A stretch of DNA of 63,682 nucleotides, counting the filler, from Octopus bimaculoides (taxonomy: Eukaryota): NCBI RefSeq assembly GCF_001194135.2. It is 4 parts of 4 records of this genome, joined end to end, with 100 filler letters (N's around TTAATTAATTAA, not from the genome) between each part and the next. Parts side by side here need not be neighbours in the genome. Positions count along the whole stretch, not along the records: positions 39,695 to 58,364 come from NC_068989.1; positions 58,465 to 63,682 come from NC_068981.1; 2 more parts are not named here. One strand, 5' to 3'. Below, piece by piece: positions 50,367 through 63,682 of this stretch. How positions within the stretch are numbered: position 1 is the stretch's first letter; every line of letters starts with the position of its first letter. A model generated the notes under the pieces. It made no database searches, was not told the origin of the DNA, and was given only the letters and a program-made list of their open reading frames with translations. The translations under genes were made by a program, and so were the position numbers.

Positions 50367-50472
50367 ACGAGGGGTGTATGAAAAGTTTTGAGCCTTGAAG
50401 TCTTGTACCTTCATCAGAAGTCTTGTACCACGCATATTTTTTTGAGGCTTAAGACTTTTCACACACCCCTGT
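50367..50472. mobile_element. Tiny mariner-type MITE (~106 bp)
   Basis: ACGAGGGGTGTATGAAAAGTTTTGAGCCT and AGGCTTAAGACTTTTCACACACCCCTGT are imperfect TIRs. Internal direct repeat GAAGTCTTGTACC occurs twice. Confidence 0.6.
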
Positions 50473-51264
50473 TACATTGTGCGTCTATCAGGCCTTGTTG
50501 CTAAGAATGTACCGGGAGGAAATAAAAAAGGAAAACATTAAAAGTGTGTATGAGGGATGATCTTTCGGAAAGATATTATGTGGTGGGGGTGGAAATCAAG
50601 TGGGTGGATATGCAAAATGATACGTATAATGATAGGTAGCAATGTTGGCTGGAGAATTGCCATGAACCATGAAAGCAGGTTGTGAATACTCGGACTGGAA
50701 CAAGTGTTGTACTTTAAGTTCTCCGTGGAACAAAATTGTCTCTTTTAAGGAAAATCATAATAGAAAAATGTCAAAAACGTTATACAATTCCACAGATAAA
50801 AAAGAAACAATGGTTTTCAAAGAACTTGAGAAATTCTATGCCAATACAGTTAGAGCCCTTTCTGGTGATCCTGGAACATTTAAACGTAGACATTGAGGCC
50901 TAGACCAATCTTCTCCTTCTGCTGTTAGAAAATTTGATCATCAGTTCTCCTTCTCCTAGCCCGGTGATATTTTCCGTGCAACGGAGAACCCGTCATCTGC
51001 TGTTGAGTCTCTCAAAGCACTTACAAGTAGATCTAAAAAAGCAAGCTAGATAAAGTAGTAGCCATATCCTAAGATTGATTCTTTCTGTCTTTTACCCCTT
51101 TCTTATGGGACAAATCTGTTGTATCCTGCTTTGGCAAGGCTCTGACAAATTGGTCCAAAATACTCCATTTGTCTCACCTTTAACTGCACGTACGCCTGTA
51201 CACACGCGCAGGCACATACATACATACATTCATACATACATACATACATACATGCGTACGTACG

Positions 51265-51296
<32 letters not shown>

Positions 51297-52595
51297 AATA
51301 CATATGTACATACGGTCACATTTACATGACACACGAAATATAATAAGGAATTTAAAGAATTTCTGTAGATAAACAGACCCTTTTAATTCATTGTTATATA
51401 TAAGTATCGGGGATATCAACGAAACCATGGAAAATTTTCACGCGTTTCTAAAATTTATATTGTTTTTAATCGAGCCCTCTCTAGTTGGACATTCATATTA
51501 ATGGCGCGTTCAAGTCGAATCTCTGTGGAGTTATATTTCGTAACATATAGTAAATCTAGGATTATGTTAACGAAAAAAATTTTGTTGTTTTTTTTTTTAA
51601 GAACTTAGATGTAGTTTACTGTTTTATTCTTTGGTCGATTATAAATGCATTCTGATGACGAATATCTTTCTATTTCTAGTATGTCAGACAATCGCCTACA
51701 AGTTTGTCTCATCGTTTTGTTTATTAACGATTTTCCATCACAGATGAACAAAGAGAGGGTATTTTACGGTTGATTGAAATATAGTTCAAGAATCACTTTC
51801 GTGTGAGCCCCCAGAAGACAACAAATATCACATCACACCACACCACATCCGCAGTAAAATTTAAGATTACATACATACAATGATCCAAGTTTTAGTGATA
51901 CAAATCCTTATATCGTCTTTAAATTTGATCGTGGTTGAGTTTCTTGAACGATAAAACTTTTTGGTTTGGTAAACAAATTGGTGTTATAATCCATCATGTT
52001 ACAGACAACGACAAAAGACTGGCAGTAAATTACATCACTATAATACTTGAGAGAATTGCCAAAGAACAGCGTCCAATATTTTGGTTCAGAAATTGTATTA
52101 TATCTTAACAGATGATTTGCTGTATATTTTTGTCCTATCAAATAATGCTAAGAAAAAAAATCGATGAATTACTTTTATATATTACTTAGATAGTGTAACA
52201 GTAGTCTCGGCCTAGATCTCATTTAGATATCACATGCCAATAGGGACTGTCTTGAGAATACTTCAATTGGCTAATGCTCCACTACTTCGATTGGCAAAAT
52301 TGTATACTGTCTAAGACATTTGGCCTTAGTTCTTCTGTTGTGGGAGAAAGAAGCGTATAAAAATTCATGAATGTTGTCATTCAAAACTTTGAGAAAAACT
52401 TTGTGGATCGAAAACTGAAAAATAACTTAGGAAATAAAGAAACAAAAAAATTACGCAAAATCTTACACTTCATCCATCACATTTGTATAAAACTTAGAAG
52501 ATCAATTGTATACCGTATTAGAGTACCTCTGTATTCGAAAATATTTACTTATCTCTGTCAGACTATCCGAATATGTATATATTATTATTATTATA

Positions 52596-52626
<31 letters not shown>

Positions 52627-53004
52627 NNNNNNNNNNNNNNNNNNNNNNNNNNNNNNNNNNNNNNNNNNNNNNNNNNNNNNNNNNNNNNNNNNNNNNNNNN
52701 NNNNNNNNNNNNNNNNNNNNNNNNNNNNNNNNNNNNNNNNNNNNNNNNNNNNNNNNNNNNNNNNNNNNNNNNNNNNNNNNNNNNNNNNNNNNNNNNNNNN
52801 NNNNNNNNNNNNNNNNNNNNNNNNNNNNNNNNNNNNNNNNNNNNNNNNNNNNNNNNNNNNNNNNNNNNNNNNNNNNNNNNNNNNNNNNNNNNNNNNNNNN
52901 NNNNNNNNNNNNNNNNNNNNNNNNNNNNNNNNNNNNNNNNNNNNNNNNNNNNNNNNNNNNNNNNNNNNNNNNTATATATATATATATATATATACATATA
53001 TATT

Positions 53005-53049
<45 letters not shown>

Positions 53050-54619
53050 GCGCACATATAAGGAAAGAGAAAGAGAAAGAGTGTGAGAGAGGCGATATAT
53101 ATACACACATGCATGTAATGGATAGCCAAACATAGGAGTGTATGCAAAATGTATGCAAATGAATAAGAAAGAGACCACCAAGGCACTTGCCAACATAGAG
53201 AACAAAGGCAGCATATGCGAACAAATTCATGAATTATTCCACTTATAACAGCAGAAGAACAGACAATTAGAATGTGATATATGTATGCCATAACCAGTTT
53301 GTATTTACAGAACAGCAAAGTTGAACACAAGGAAAACAAAATGATCCATTCGTAGATAATAACATTCATACGAAATTAATCCAAATTTAGACGTATTTTT
53401 GTTATAGATATATGGACAAGTCTTAAAAGTGTTTGATTGGTTTTCTAATCATTTATGGGTATCGTTACTGATATTAGGAATGTTAATGATTTCCTGTTTA
53501 AATATTATGCCTGACATTTCATAGCGTATTCTCGCTACGTTTTAAATTCTCATGTGTTGAGATTCTGATCTGTTTTCTTCTTTTTAATCATATAGTAATT
53601 AATAGTGAACCAGGTGAATCGCAATCAATCATAGGCACTTTCTCGATCTCCTCTCCCATCGCGATAAGGACAAGAGGGGTGCACCAGTGCTCCGTCTGTA
53701 CCTATTACATGTCTACGTGTGTAAATCTTATGTCGAACTAACACTTAATTCTGAAATATATACATATTGAACTCTATCAAGAGGTTATTGTTATCGCTGC
53801 CTTTGCATTTCAAATATTAACTATTGATATATTCAGCTTAAGAAAAATAGTTTAAAGTAATTGTAAAAAAATTGTTGTTCATATCCACATGAAATAGCGA
53901 GATGGGTGTTAGGAAACAAAACAAAATACAAAAACAATCATATTAAAAATCTAAAGTATTGTATCAAAATAATTTATGTGATTATATTTGCCAAACTTAT
54001 TCTTCCGATCATTTAACTAAACGAGTTATTTGCCAACGGATGATGTGCGTTCTATAAAAGAGATTCAAATTCTAGTTTAACAACGAATCATGTATGCATG
54101 AATGTTGCAAAGTTCAAACTAACTCAATAGACATCTAATGTTTGTTTATTCCAGTATTGTCATCAAACGACAATGAATTATTTATTAGAATAAAAGAATC
54201 AACAGCAACACATGACTATTATGAGGCAAGCAATTGGCAATAGTAATAATGTTAGACATCTATGGTGATGAAGGGAGCAATTTCTTTAATTATTCTTCGA
54301 GGGAAATTAATATTGCTTACTAATGATGCAATGACTCCAGAAATAAATTTTGAGTGAGATTAAGATCAATGAACTCCACTCCCGTTTATAACTGTTACAT
54401 ACTGTATCGATCAGGGCACAGTTTAATATGTCTTCAGTCGATTCTGAAACGATTTGTCGCAAAGTAGATGTCGTCTTGACTCGAACGTACAAAATAAACG
54501 AGAATACTTTAAAAAAGACGCTATTGTAATTGTGTCAGTATGATATAAATGGAAAAAATCTGAAACTTCAATATTATTTCAGAGATAGGCAAATTCTATA
54601 ACAAGCTTATATTTATATA

Positions 54620-55340
54620 ATGACTAGTGAAAATATTGCAATTAGAGCACTTTTACGCTACATGTGGAAAAATGTACTGAGTGCAAGTACAGCTGCAAAA
54701 GAAATTTTTGCCGTGGGTGGAGGCAGGAGCTAACACCGAACATGTGGCACAAAAGTGCCTCGAACACAAACGAAGGTCAGGAAGACCTGTTGAGTACGAC
54801 GTAGCCTTGCTTCAAATGATTGAACAACAGCCAAGCACACGCATTCAATCGACACTTCCATAATCTCGGCCTTGTGAACAAACGCTGTCAAGAAGCTCTT
54901 CATGAACTGACGAGCTTAACAACGTGTGAATATTTGCAAACAACTGCAGACAAGCATTCCAGATGCCCGTTTGTGGTGTCCAATTGTAACTGGGAATGAA
55001 AAATGGGTTTTCATAATCCTACGAGAAATCAGTGACTTTGTTGGTACCTGGTTTCAGAACATTTTGCCAAACAAGGACAATTTTAACAATACTACATGGT
55101 ATTATGGTATTGGTCAATCGAAAACGTGCAAACCTACAGCACACATCGCCAATGTGACCAAACACAAACTTGAGGGACTAGTAATGTTGGAAATGTTGTC
55201 ACATCTTGTCTGCAGTCCAGACGACGCTCTATCAGACTACCAGCTTCTCCGAGCAGCGGTTCACTTCCTGCACGGCCGGATGTTCGACAATATGGATGAA
55301 GTTGAAAACGGATGCAGGGAGATTTTTAGTTTCAACTACT
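54620..55340 (+). pseudogene. Degraded, internally deleted mariner transposase
   Basis: Remnants IRALLRYMWK..SASTAAKEI, RSGRP, IVTGNEKWVF and SPDDALSDYQLLRA..HFLHGRMFDNMDEV across several frames. No TIRs recognised. Confidence 0.75.
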
Positions 55341-55380
55341 AGGTTTCAAATATGAAATATAAGTGTATCCATATCCCAGT

Positions 55381-55454
<74 letters not shown>

Positions 55455-55909
55455 CCAAGTGATCTATTTGGAACTCATTGCAAGATCTGTAGAATCAAAC
55501 GACTGAGAATTAACGATTTTGATAGATATTTTACCGCCTTCTTGTATTAAAGAAATGTAAAATGAGATATTTTGCTCTACCACACAACGGACTAAAACCT
55601 TTGAGAATTGAATCGATCCATGTACAAAGGCTCGTAAACCACTAAATCCGAATCACTACGCCATCTATTTTACTACACAGAGACACATTCTTCTGTTGCA
55701 TGGTACACTCACTTATATACACTCATCAACACACGCACACATATACACATACACACATAGCGGAGTGTCGTCATTCGAAGGCTAAAATGATGCAAGGGCA
55801 TTGTGATCAACGATGTTTAACAATATCTGATAGTGTGGTCAGTCACGTGATCACGTGGTATATACATATACATATATAGAGTGAGAAGTAGGGGAAAAGA
55901 GAGAGATAG

Positions 55910-55980
<71 letters not shown>

Positions 55981-56274
55981 NNNNNNNNNNNNNNNNNNNN
56001 NNNNNNNNNNNNNNNNNNNNNNNNNNNNNNNNNNNNNNNNNNNNNNNNNNNNNNNNNNNNNNNNNNNNNNNNNNNNNNNNNNNNNNNNNNNNNNNNNNNN
56101 NNNNNNNNNNNNNNNNNNNNNNNNNNNNNNNNNNNNNNNNNNNNNNNNNNNNNNNNNNNNNNNNNNNNNNNNNNNNNNNNNNNNNNNNNNNNNNNNNNNN
56201 NNNNNNNNNNNNNNNNNNNNNNNNNNNNNNNNNNNNNNNNNNNNNNNNNNNNNNNNNNNNNNNNNNNNNNNNNN

Positions 56275-56294
<20 letters not shown>

Positions 56295-56308
<14 letters not shown>

Positions 56309-57141
56309 GTTGGCATCCTTTTTGTCTCGGGAAACAATGGGGTTGCGCATAAAATAATCTACTCCGGGCTTTACAATTCACGCTCTAATACATCTCTTGC
56401 TGTGGCTCTGTAGTCCTATCCTGGACAAACACTCCCTCTGGCAGGTGCCGCAAATGTAGCGAAGACTTTGCCCGGCTGGATGTAATGTCATAGTTTCTTG
56501 TTGACGTGTTTTCTTGTCTTTCTATTTCTCCTCTCTCCTTCTGTCACTCATTTGTGTTCCCTCTCCTATGGTGCGTCGCCAATCGCCACAGTTGTTAGCA
56601 AACGCTTCCCAGTTTTCTAATATTGATGTCGCAGGCCTTGATGTCACTTTTGCAAACGTCCTTGTATCGTACGAACAGTCGTCCCACAGACCTAGTGCGC
56701 CAAGCATGCTCTTCGTAGAGTATGTCTTTGGGGATTCTTCCATCTTCCATACGACTAACATGTCCAAGGCATCTCATACGTCTTTGTGTGAGGAGTGCAA
56801 ACATGCTTGGTATTCCTGCTTGCTTGAGGACATCTTTGTTGGGGACACGATTCTACCATTTGATGCCAAGTTTTTTTCCGGAGGCAGCGCAGGTAAAAGA
56901 TATTTAGGCGTCGCTCTTGGCGTGTGTATGGCGTCCAGGTCTCACTGCCATACATTAGAGTGCTGAGTACACATGCCTGGTAAATCTTCATTTGTGTGGT
57001 CTTGGTCAGCTTATTGTTGATCCATGCCCGTTTGAGAGTTGGGCCATCACAGCAGGTGCCTTGCCAATGCGCATATTGAGCTCGGCCTCAAGGGATAGGT
57101 TGGAGGTGACGGTAGAACCAAGATCGGTAAATTTCTCCACC
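56295..57141 (-). mobile_element. 5'-truncated RTE-clade LINE: ORF2 C-terminus, 3' UTR and (CAA)n tail
   Basis: Minus strand reads VEKFTDLGSTV, KIYQACVLSTLMYGSETW, LGHVSRMEDGRIPKDILY and YICGTCQRECLSRIGLQSHSKRC, ending GGATGCCAACAACAACAAC. Confidence 0.88.
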
Positions 57142-57167
57142 TATATATGTATATATTAATTTTGTTT

Positions 57168-57202
<35 letters not shown>

Positions 57203-57563
57203 ATGTGTGTGTTTATATATAACTATGACCACTAAAGTGGTCATTTAATGTGCTAGAAATAGACCACATGTTGTGTCTACTAAGACCTAATGGTTCTCAA
57301 ACGAAAGTCATCAAAATACAGCAAGATACCAAATATATATACAGGACAGTCAAACATGCAGTTGCCGACTCCACCTCCTGTCGTATATNNNNNNNNNNNN
57401 NNNNNNNNNNNNNNNNNNNNNNNNNNNNNNNNNNNNNNNNNNNNNNNNNNNNNNNNNNNNNNNNNNNNNNNNNNNNNNNNNNNNNNNNNNNNNNNNNNNN
57501 NNNNNNNNNNNNNNNNNNNNNNNNNNNNNNNNNNNNNNNNNNNNNNNNNNNNNNNNNNNNNNN

Positions 57564-57613
<50 letters not shown>

Positions 57614-58364
57614 TCATTGGCAGGCCTACACTTCCAGATTACACTTGCTCAAAGTGCTACACATAGAGGCTAAACACAAAATTAAATTGCTTTAAAGCGA
57701 GCTTTCTAACCTGATAACCATTACCTACAACAGTTATGCTTACATATATAAATGCATATATACATACGTCTGCATATAAGGAAAATGATATTATAAGTGC
57801 GTAGAACCGATACATATATGGAAAAAAAGAATGCCATATTTTTAGTATGTAATTTTCTTGTGTATAAATTTATATTTCAAGTTGAATCAATTTCATTGTT
57901 ACTTTCAACCATAATATACTTAATATAAGCTTAATGAACGAATCATTTCATTTCTATAGAAACTGTGTAATTTTAATAAATCAATATTGACTTCTCAAAC
58001 GAAGACACAGATATGCAATGAACTAATACTATTAGCACATGTATAAACCCGATTAAATTACAGGTACTTGAATTATCTACCCAGAGTAAGGAGCATGCAT
58101 GGTTTTGCAATCAGAAATTCACGTGACAGTTACATTGACCTAGGTTTAGTCATACTGCGTGTCAGCTTCGGCAAGTAGCTTGCAATATAGTCTCAGGCCA
58201 ACAAAACCCCGTGAGAGCGAGTGCATTTCGTAGACGAAACTGAAAGAAACCCGTCGTACATACATACACACATACATACATATATGCGCGAGCAAGCACA
58301 CGGACGCGCATACACACACACAAACACAGACATATATGCATACATATGAATATATATATATATA

Positions 58365-58464
58365 NNNNNNNNNNNNNNNNNNNNNNNNNNNNNNNNNNNN
58401 NNNNNNNNTTAATTAATTAANNNNNNNNNNNNNNNNNNNNNNNNNNNNNNNNNNNNNNNNNNNN
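58365..58464. other. Artificial 100-bp assembly join
   Basis: 44N-TTAATTAATTAA-44N. Confidence 0.93.
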
Positions 58465-58495
<31 letters not shown>

Positions 58496-59840
58496 GTTTC
58501 GCTCGTAGAGCAAATTGGGTACGTTCCTTACTACAATCTAAATTGAGAATAAGCATCAGTTTTCAGGTTTTACGATAATAAAAAAGCTTTATATGGACAA
58601 ATAATGAAACTGTATATTCTTTCCAAGGTCCAAGAGTTCTTTGATCCGGGGGGAAGGATTGCATTAAGAAAACATATATACTCAGAAGCGAAGAAAGACA
58701 AATTAAATTACTCTGAATTTCTATTCTATTTACATTGTTGAAAACAGAAAGATTTACAATTTCTTTTGGGGACAAGATGACGTTTCTGCTTCAATGGAGA
58801 AAAGTTGTAGGTATGGCAAAGTACAGCTCAGCGCGATTGTGTTGCACAAGTGGTGAATATTTCTATATCTTATGATTGTTTGTTTAACGATTATTTAAGT
58901 TATCCTAAAGGGCTAACCGTTATTTTGCTCGACACAAAATCCTTTTCAATAGAATATACAATGTATTTCTTTCTTTTCAATTATAAAAGAAAATGAGTAT
59001 ATAAAAAAAGTAAACGCATAAAAATAAGAAGAATCTACATTCATTATATTTGTTTTCACTGACAACCGTGTGTCAAATACAAAATTCCCACACAAGTGAT
59101 TCATTCCCGAAAGTGATGAACAAGATTTGAATACTATATTGGGAAAATAAAGCAAATTTAAACGTGCAAGCAACGACAAATGAATTAGGTTTAAATACAC
59201 GATAACATTTACAAAATCTATGATCTAAACAAGACATACGAATTACTGTTTCTCTTTACAACATTTCTGTGAATCTCTACATCTATATACACACATGCAC
59301 AAATGCAGAAACTAAAAAAAAAAAGAAAAAATCAGGCTGACACAAATACACAAAATCATGAATCCACACACGCAGGACTGGTTGTGTGATAAGTAGCTTG
59401 GTTACCAACAGCATGGTTCTGGGTTCAGTCTCACTGTGTGGCACCTTCTACTATAGCCTCGGACCGACCAAAATCTTGTGGTAGATGAAAGCTGAAAGAA
59501 GCCCGTCGTATATATATATATNNNNNNNNNNNNNNNNNNNNNNNNNNNNNNNNNNNNNNNNNNNNNNNNNNNNNNNNNNNNNNNNNNNNNNNNNNNNNNN
59601 NNNNNNNNNNNNNNNNNNNNNNNNNNNNNNNNNNNNNNNNNNNNNNNNNNNNNNNNNNNNNNNNNNNNNNNNNNNNNNNNNNNNNNNNNNNNNNNNNNNN
59701 NNNNNNNNNNNNNNNNNNNNNNNNNNNNNNNNNNNNNNNNNNNNNNNNNNNNNNNNNNNNNNNNNNNNNNNNNNNNNNNNNNNNNNNNNNNNNNNNNNNN
59801 NNNNNNNNNNNNNNNNNNNNNNNNNNNNNNNNNNNNNNNN

Positions 59841-59887
<47 letters not shown>

Positions 59888-60199
59888 TTTCGGATTTGAT
59901 TTGCAAGATTCAGTATGTGAGTTCGTGTGTTTGAAGCATACTTTGTTGTGTCTGGAAAGAGACATTCTCTTTTCGTCCCAAATTATTTAGCGCACTCACA
60001 GTTTCAGTTTGCACTTAGTTACTACTTTATTTTTTTCTAAAATTTTCTTTCTGTCTTGCAAACATTCCAATAGACGTTGACTCTCCGTTTCCCGAGCTGC
60101 GTAATTTTTGCTTTTGCAAATGTGTTTGGGTCAGTGTGCGTGCGCATACACATATGAACGTATCTCTGCATGTATGTGTGTATACATGTAGGTGCGTGT

Positions 60200-60266
60200 G
60201 TACTCTGTGTGCTTTAGCTTCCTTAGTATAGCAACAACCCGGATAATTATTAATCAGACCACGTAT
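60200..60266 (-). mobile_element. Single mariner-like terminus (MITE end)
   Basis: Minus strand TA|CGTGGTCTGATTAATAATTATCCGG resembles TACGAGGG.TGATCAATAAGT mariner TIRs. No partner end found. Confidence 0.3.
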
Positions 60267-60284
60267 ATATGTGTGTGTGTAGGG

Positions 60285-60322
<38 letters not shown>

Positions 60323-60680
60323 NNNNNNNNNNNNNNNNNNNNNNNNNNNNGTGTGTGTGTGTGTGTGTGTTTGTGTGTGTTTGTCCGCCCACGATTGCGT
60401 AACAGTCAACGTTGGCCTGTTTATCTAACTGTAACTTACCGATTAGGCAAAAGAGACCGATGTAATAAATACTATGCTTTTAAAAAAATAAGTCATGGAT
60501 TCTATTTCTACAGCAAAAAAAAAACCTTTACGATGCTGAACCTACGTGGCAGCAGTCAGATGACTGAAACATGTCAAAGAATATAAGTATATGTATTTAA
60601 ATGTACATTCACATATTTAAATACATTGACATGTATGTATGTATGTATGTATGTATGTATGTATGCATGTATGCATACCA

Positions 60681-60755
<75 letters not shown>

Positions 60756-62818
60756 TACTTACATAATGTCAATGTATGTAAATATGTTTATGTACATTTA
60801 AAAACAAATATACTTGTATTGACATGTTTCAGTAATACATATATATACATATATATGCGCGCGCGCGTGTCTCTGTGTGTGTGCATATCGATATATGTAT
60901 CGGTGCTTGTCCCCAGTCCTACAACTTTACAACCATCTTTGGTTTGTTTACATCCCCTTCATTTGGCGGTGCGTCAAAAAAGGGCCGGTAGAATGTGTAC
61001 CAGTCTAAAACATGCACCGGGGCTGTTTTCTTGAATTAAACCCTTCAAGATACTACCTCATCTTAGCTGCAATTGAGTGACTGTAAAATGAATAAGATAA
61101 AATATAAAGATCATGTTTACAAACTTCTTTCTCATATCAGATATGTTGTTCGAGACTGTCAGAGTACATTTCTTAGATTAGCACTTATACATGTTTAGTT
61201 CGGGATGTTAAGCAATATATGGTCTTGTAATTAATTGCGCTGTTCGCCCGCTTTTTAACTTTTACTTAACTGCGAATGTATTTTAACATATTCTTTTGAT
61301 TACAAAAGTCGGTTTTCCCAGAATCTTCAATATATATATCAGAAATTGCAAAATTTCGGAAATGCAAACTTTTTATACATGTGTTTGGAAACTGAAAAAG
61401 GATGTGCTGTCGACTTCATCATTGTCTACTGAACAATATTAAAATGACGCTTTAACCGTATAGTAACTTTAATTAAATTCGTTGGACTGATGTTTTTGCC
61501 CATCCTTTTATTATCAGTTTGAAGTTTTTTTATGACAAGTGAATATATGTGGCCGAAGCATCAAAATTATACTTTTGAAATCGTCGTACTTAATTATTCT
61601 AGGAACATCATTTATTCATTCTATATGTAACTTTATCATTTCTAGAATGGAGGCCATATTCTAGATTATAGATGTTTGATAGCCCATGCGCTAGATTCAC
61701 TTTTGGTTGACAGTTGTTGTAGATGGTGATAATTTGTGTTTTTTCCTGCTTGTTGTATACTGATTCTAAATACATAGATTTAATTTTTGCATTTCGTGAA
61801 TCATACAATTCATGATATTAAACACTATTTTCTTTATATTTAGTTCGCATAATTGCTGTCTGTATAGGTTTTACAATTTTGAACTTTATCAATTTATAAT
61901 GGATCCCATTGGAAGAAAACTCACTGAAGCGCTTGGCTGTTTACTGTTTTGAATCTATTTAATATTCTCTTTACATGTTAGATTTCTGTTTGTTTTTCTC
62001 AACTTTTAGCAGTTTTTCTCTCTTTAGATCTTAATCATAATTTGGTTTGGCATATGCTTCTAATCGAAAATTCAGCAGATTACACATCTAAAATATTAGT
62101 GAGCTTACAATAACCAAAGTCTTAATGTTAATAATTAATAGGTTGCTTAACATATCTTGATTAATTTTTTAATCACAGGTTTTCGCTATATTTCAAAGTA
62201 ATTTTGTGGCGGATGATTCTACCGTACAGACGAATATACTAGCGGATCACACATTTGAACTATACTGTTTCTGTTTCTATACAATTTATCAGTGATACAA
62301 GATTTGAGTCGTTATTCCCACTAACTGAATAACATTCCACAGGTTCATTTATCTAAATAGCTGTTATCGTTTAAGTTTAAGCTATTTTGATAGACTAAGC
62401 AGACGAGACACTTAACACTTCCTTTTCAATTTCCATTCCATAATACTTTCTATTCCATCCAGTTCCTTCAACTGAAGAGAAGCTGAAGCAGATGTCGATT
62501 TACCTCAGTAATTTTTCCGCGATTGCAAAACAGTGTGCGGTCTGGCTTTACTATAATGTTAGACATAAGCCATATAATTAGCAAGTGATGGTGACTTGTT
62601 TTGAATTTCTAAGTTTAATTTGTCAATCTGATCACGGTGCATTGCCGAATTGATGGTCTTGTGGGGAGACGTTCGTAAAAACTTCCAATCTCAGCAAATT
62701 GTTAGTATAACATTATTCGAGTAAAGTCCTCCTTTCGGGTTTGTTTCTAAGGGTTCGCTGCACTATTTCTATGATGGCGCTTCACCTCGAATATGTATAT
62801 ATGTGTGTGTGTGCTTGG

Positions 62819-62855
<37 letters not shown>

Positions 62856-63682
62856 TATATGCCTATATATACGTTTGAATGCATACACATTCACACACAC
62901 TCTTACATATATACATGTGTGGGGGTATATAAATTTTAATACGAGAAACTGTATTGAACAGGCGTTTTGGAAATAACTACAATTGTTTCAACGCATCGTT
63001 ATCAGCTACTAATTGCTAAATGTTGCATATATTTTACACAATATTGTATTAATAAGATTGAATAACTTCTGTATACATGTCAATCCTCGGGTGACCAGAG
63101 TAAAAACGCTGCTACATCATCTTTAGTTCATCGTCATTTTATACGCACACCGATATACAATTTGTAATATGTCTCTGCCCAAAAGAAATGAGGAAATACA
63201 AAGCAACACAAATGATAAAATTCCCCCAAAATAAAGGGAAATAAACAAAATTAAAATATTGAAATACAAACAATAAAAAAACAACATACTCATTCGGTTT
63301 TTAGACACAGACGTGTCTAGAATTTTAGGAAACTAAAAATTAAAATATTGTTATACGTGGGGATGGTCATATTTTGCCAATTAAACACATACACTATATT
63401 TTTGGGCTTTACTTCAGCATTATTATTACTTTACTTTCTTTGGCACAGCTTCTTTCTCTCACATTCTCTGACCTCTTCAGTGTCACTGGAAATTTAACAA
63501 ATACCCGTATGTTGTGTCCGTTGCTGTCCCACATCGAACATATGCTTACATCATTAATGGAGCATGTAACTAACAACTGTCACCTTAAATACTTAGTTTC
63601 ATATATGTAGTACCATAACTAACGTCTTCATATATATATATATATATATATATTCATATATATATATGTATGTATATATATA

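Noticed and set aside
50660-51030. Exon-like unique sequence with short ORFs
   Set aside because: All frames on both strands close quickly and I recognise no domain.

Overview
AT-rich, microsatellite- and gap-rich animal genomic DNA. It is most likely octopus or another coleoid cephalopod; this is an inference from the SINE types and composition. Bases 480-27514 (+) hold 13 consecutive internal exons of a ZNF236-like C2H2 zinc-finger gene with consistent splice phases, 14 visible fingers and a polyQ/polyP tract. The gene starts before the window and its expected last exons are not visible. Three 100-bp artificial joins (44N-TTAATTAATTAA-44N) at 28263, 39595 and 58365 split the window, so the pieces may not be truly adjacent. 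The rest is mostly transposon-derived: several tRNA-headed SINE families, RTE-clade LINE fragments, one full-length but mutated mariner, two older mariner relics and several MITEs/foldbacks. The most interesting signals are minimal Penelope-type hammerhead ribozyme motifs: one inside a tRNA-headed SINE-like element in a ZNF236 intron, one at 38728, and hammerhead-like boxes in a 380-bp loopless palindrome. Long intronic dsRNA-forming structures also lie next to ZNF236 exons. No true tRNA, rRNA or CRISPR features were found. All family names come from recalled motifs, not database searches.
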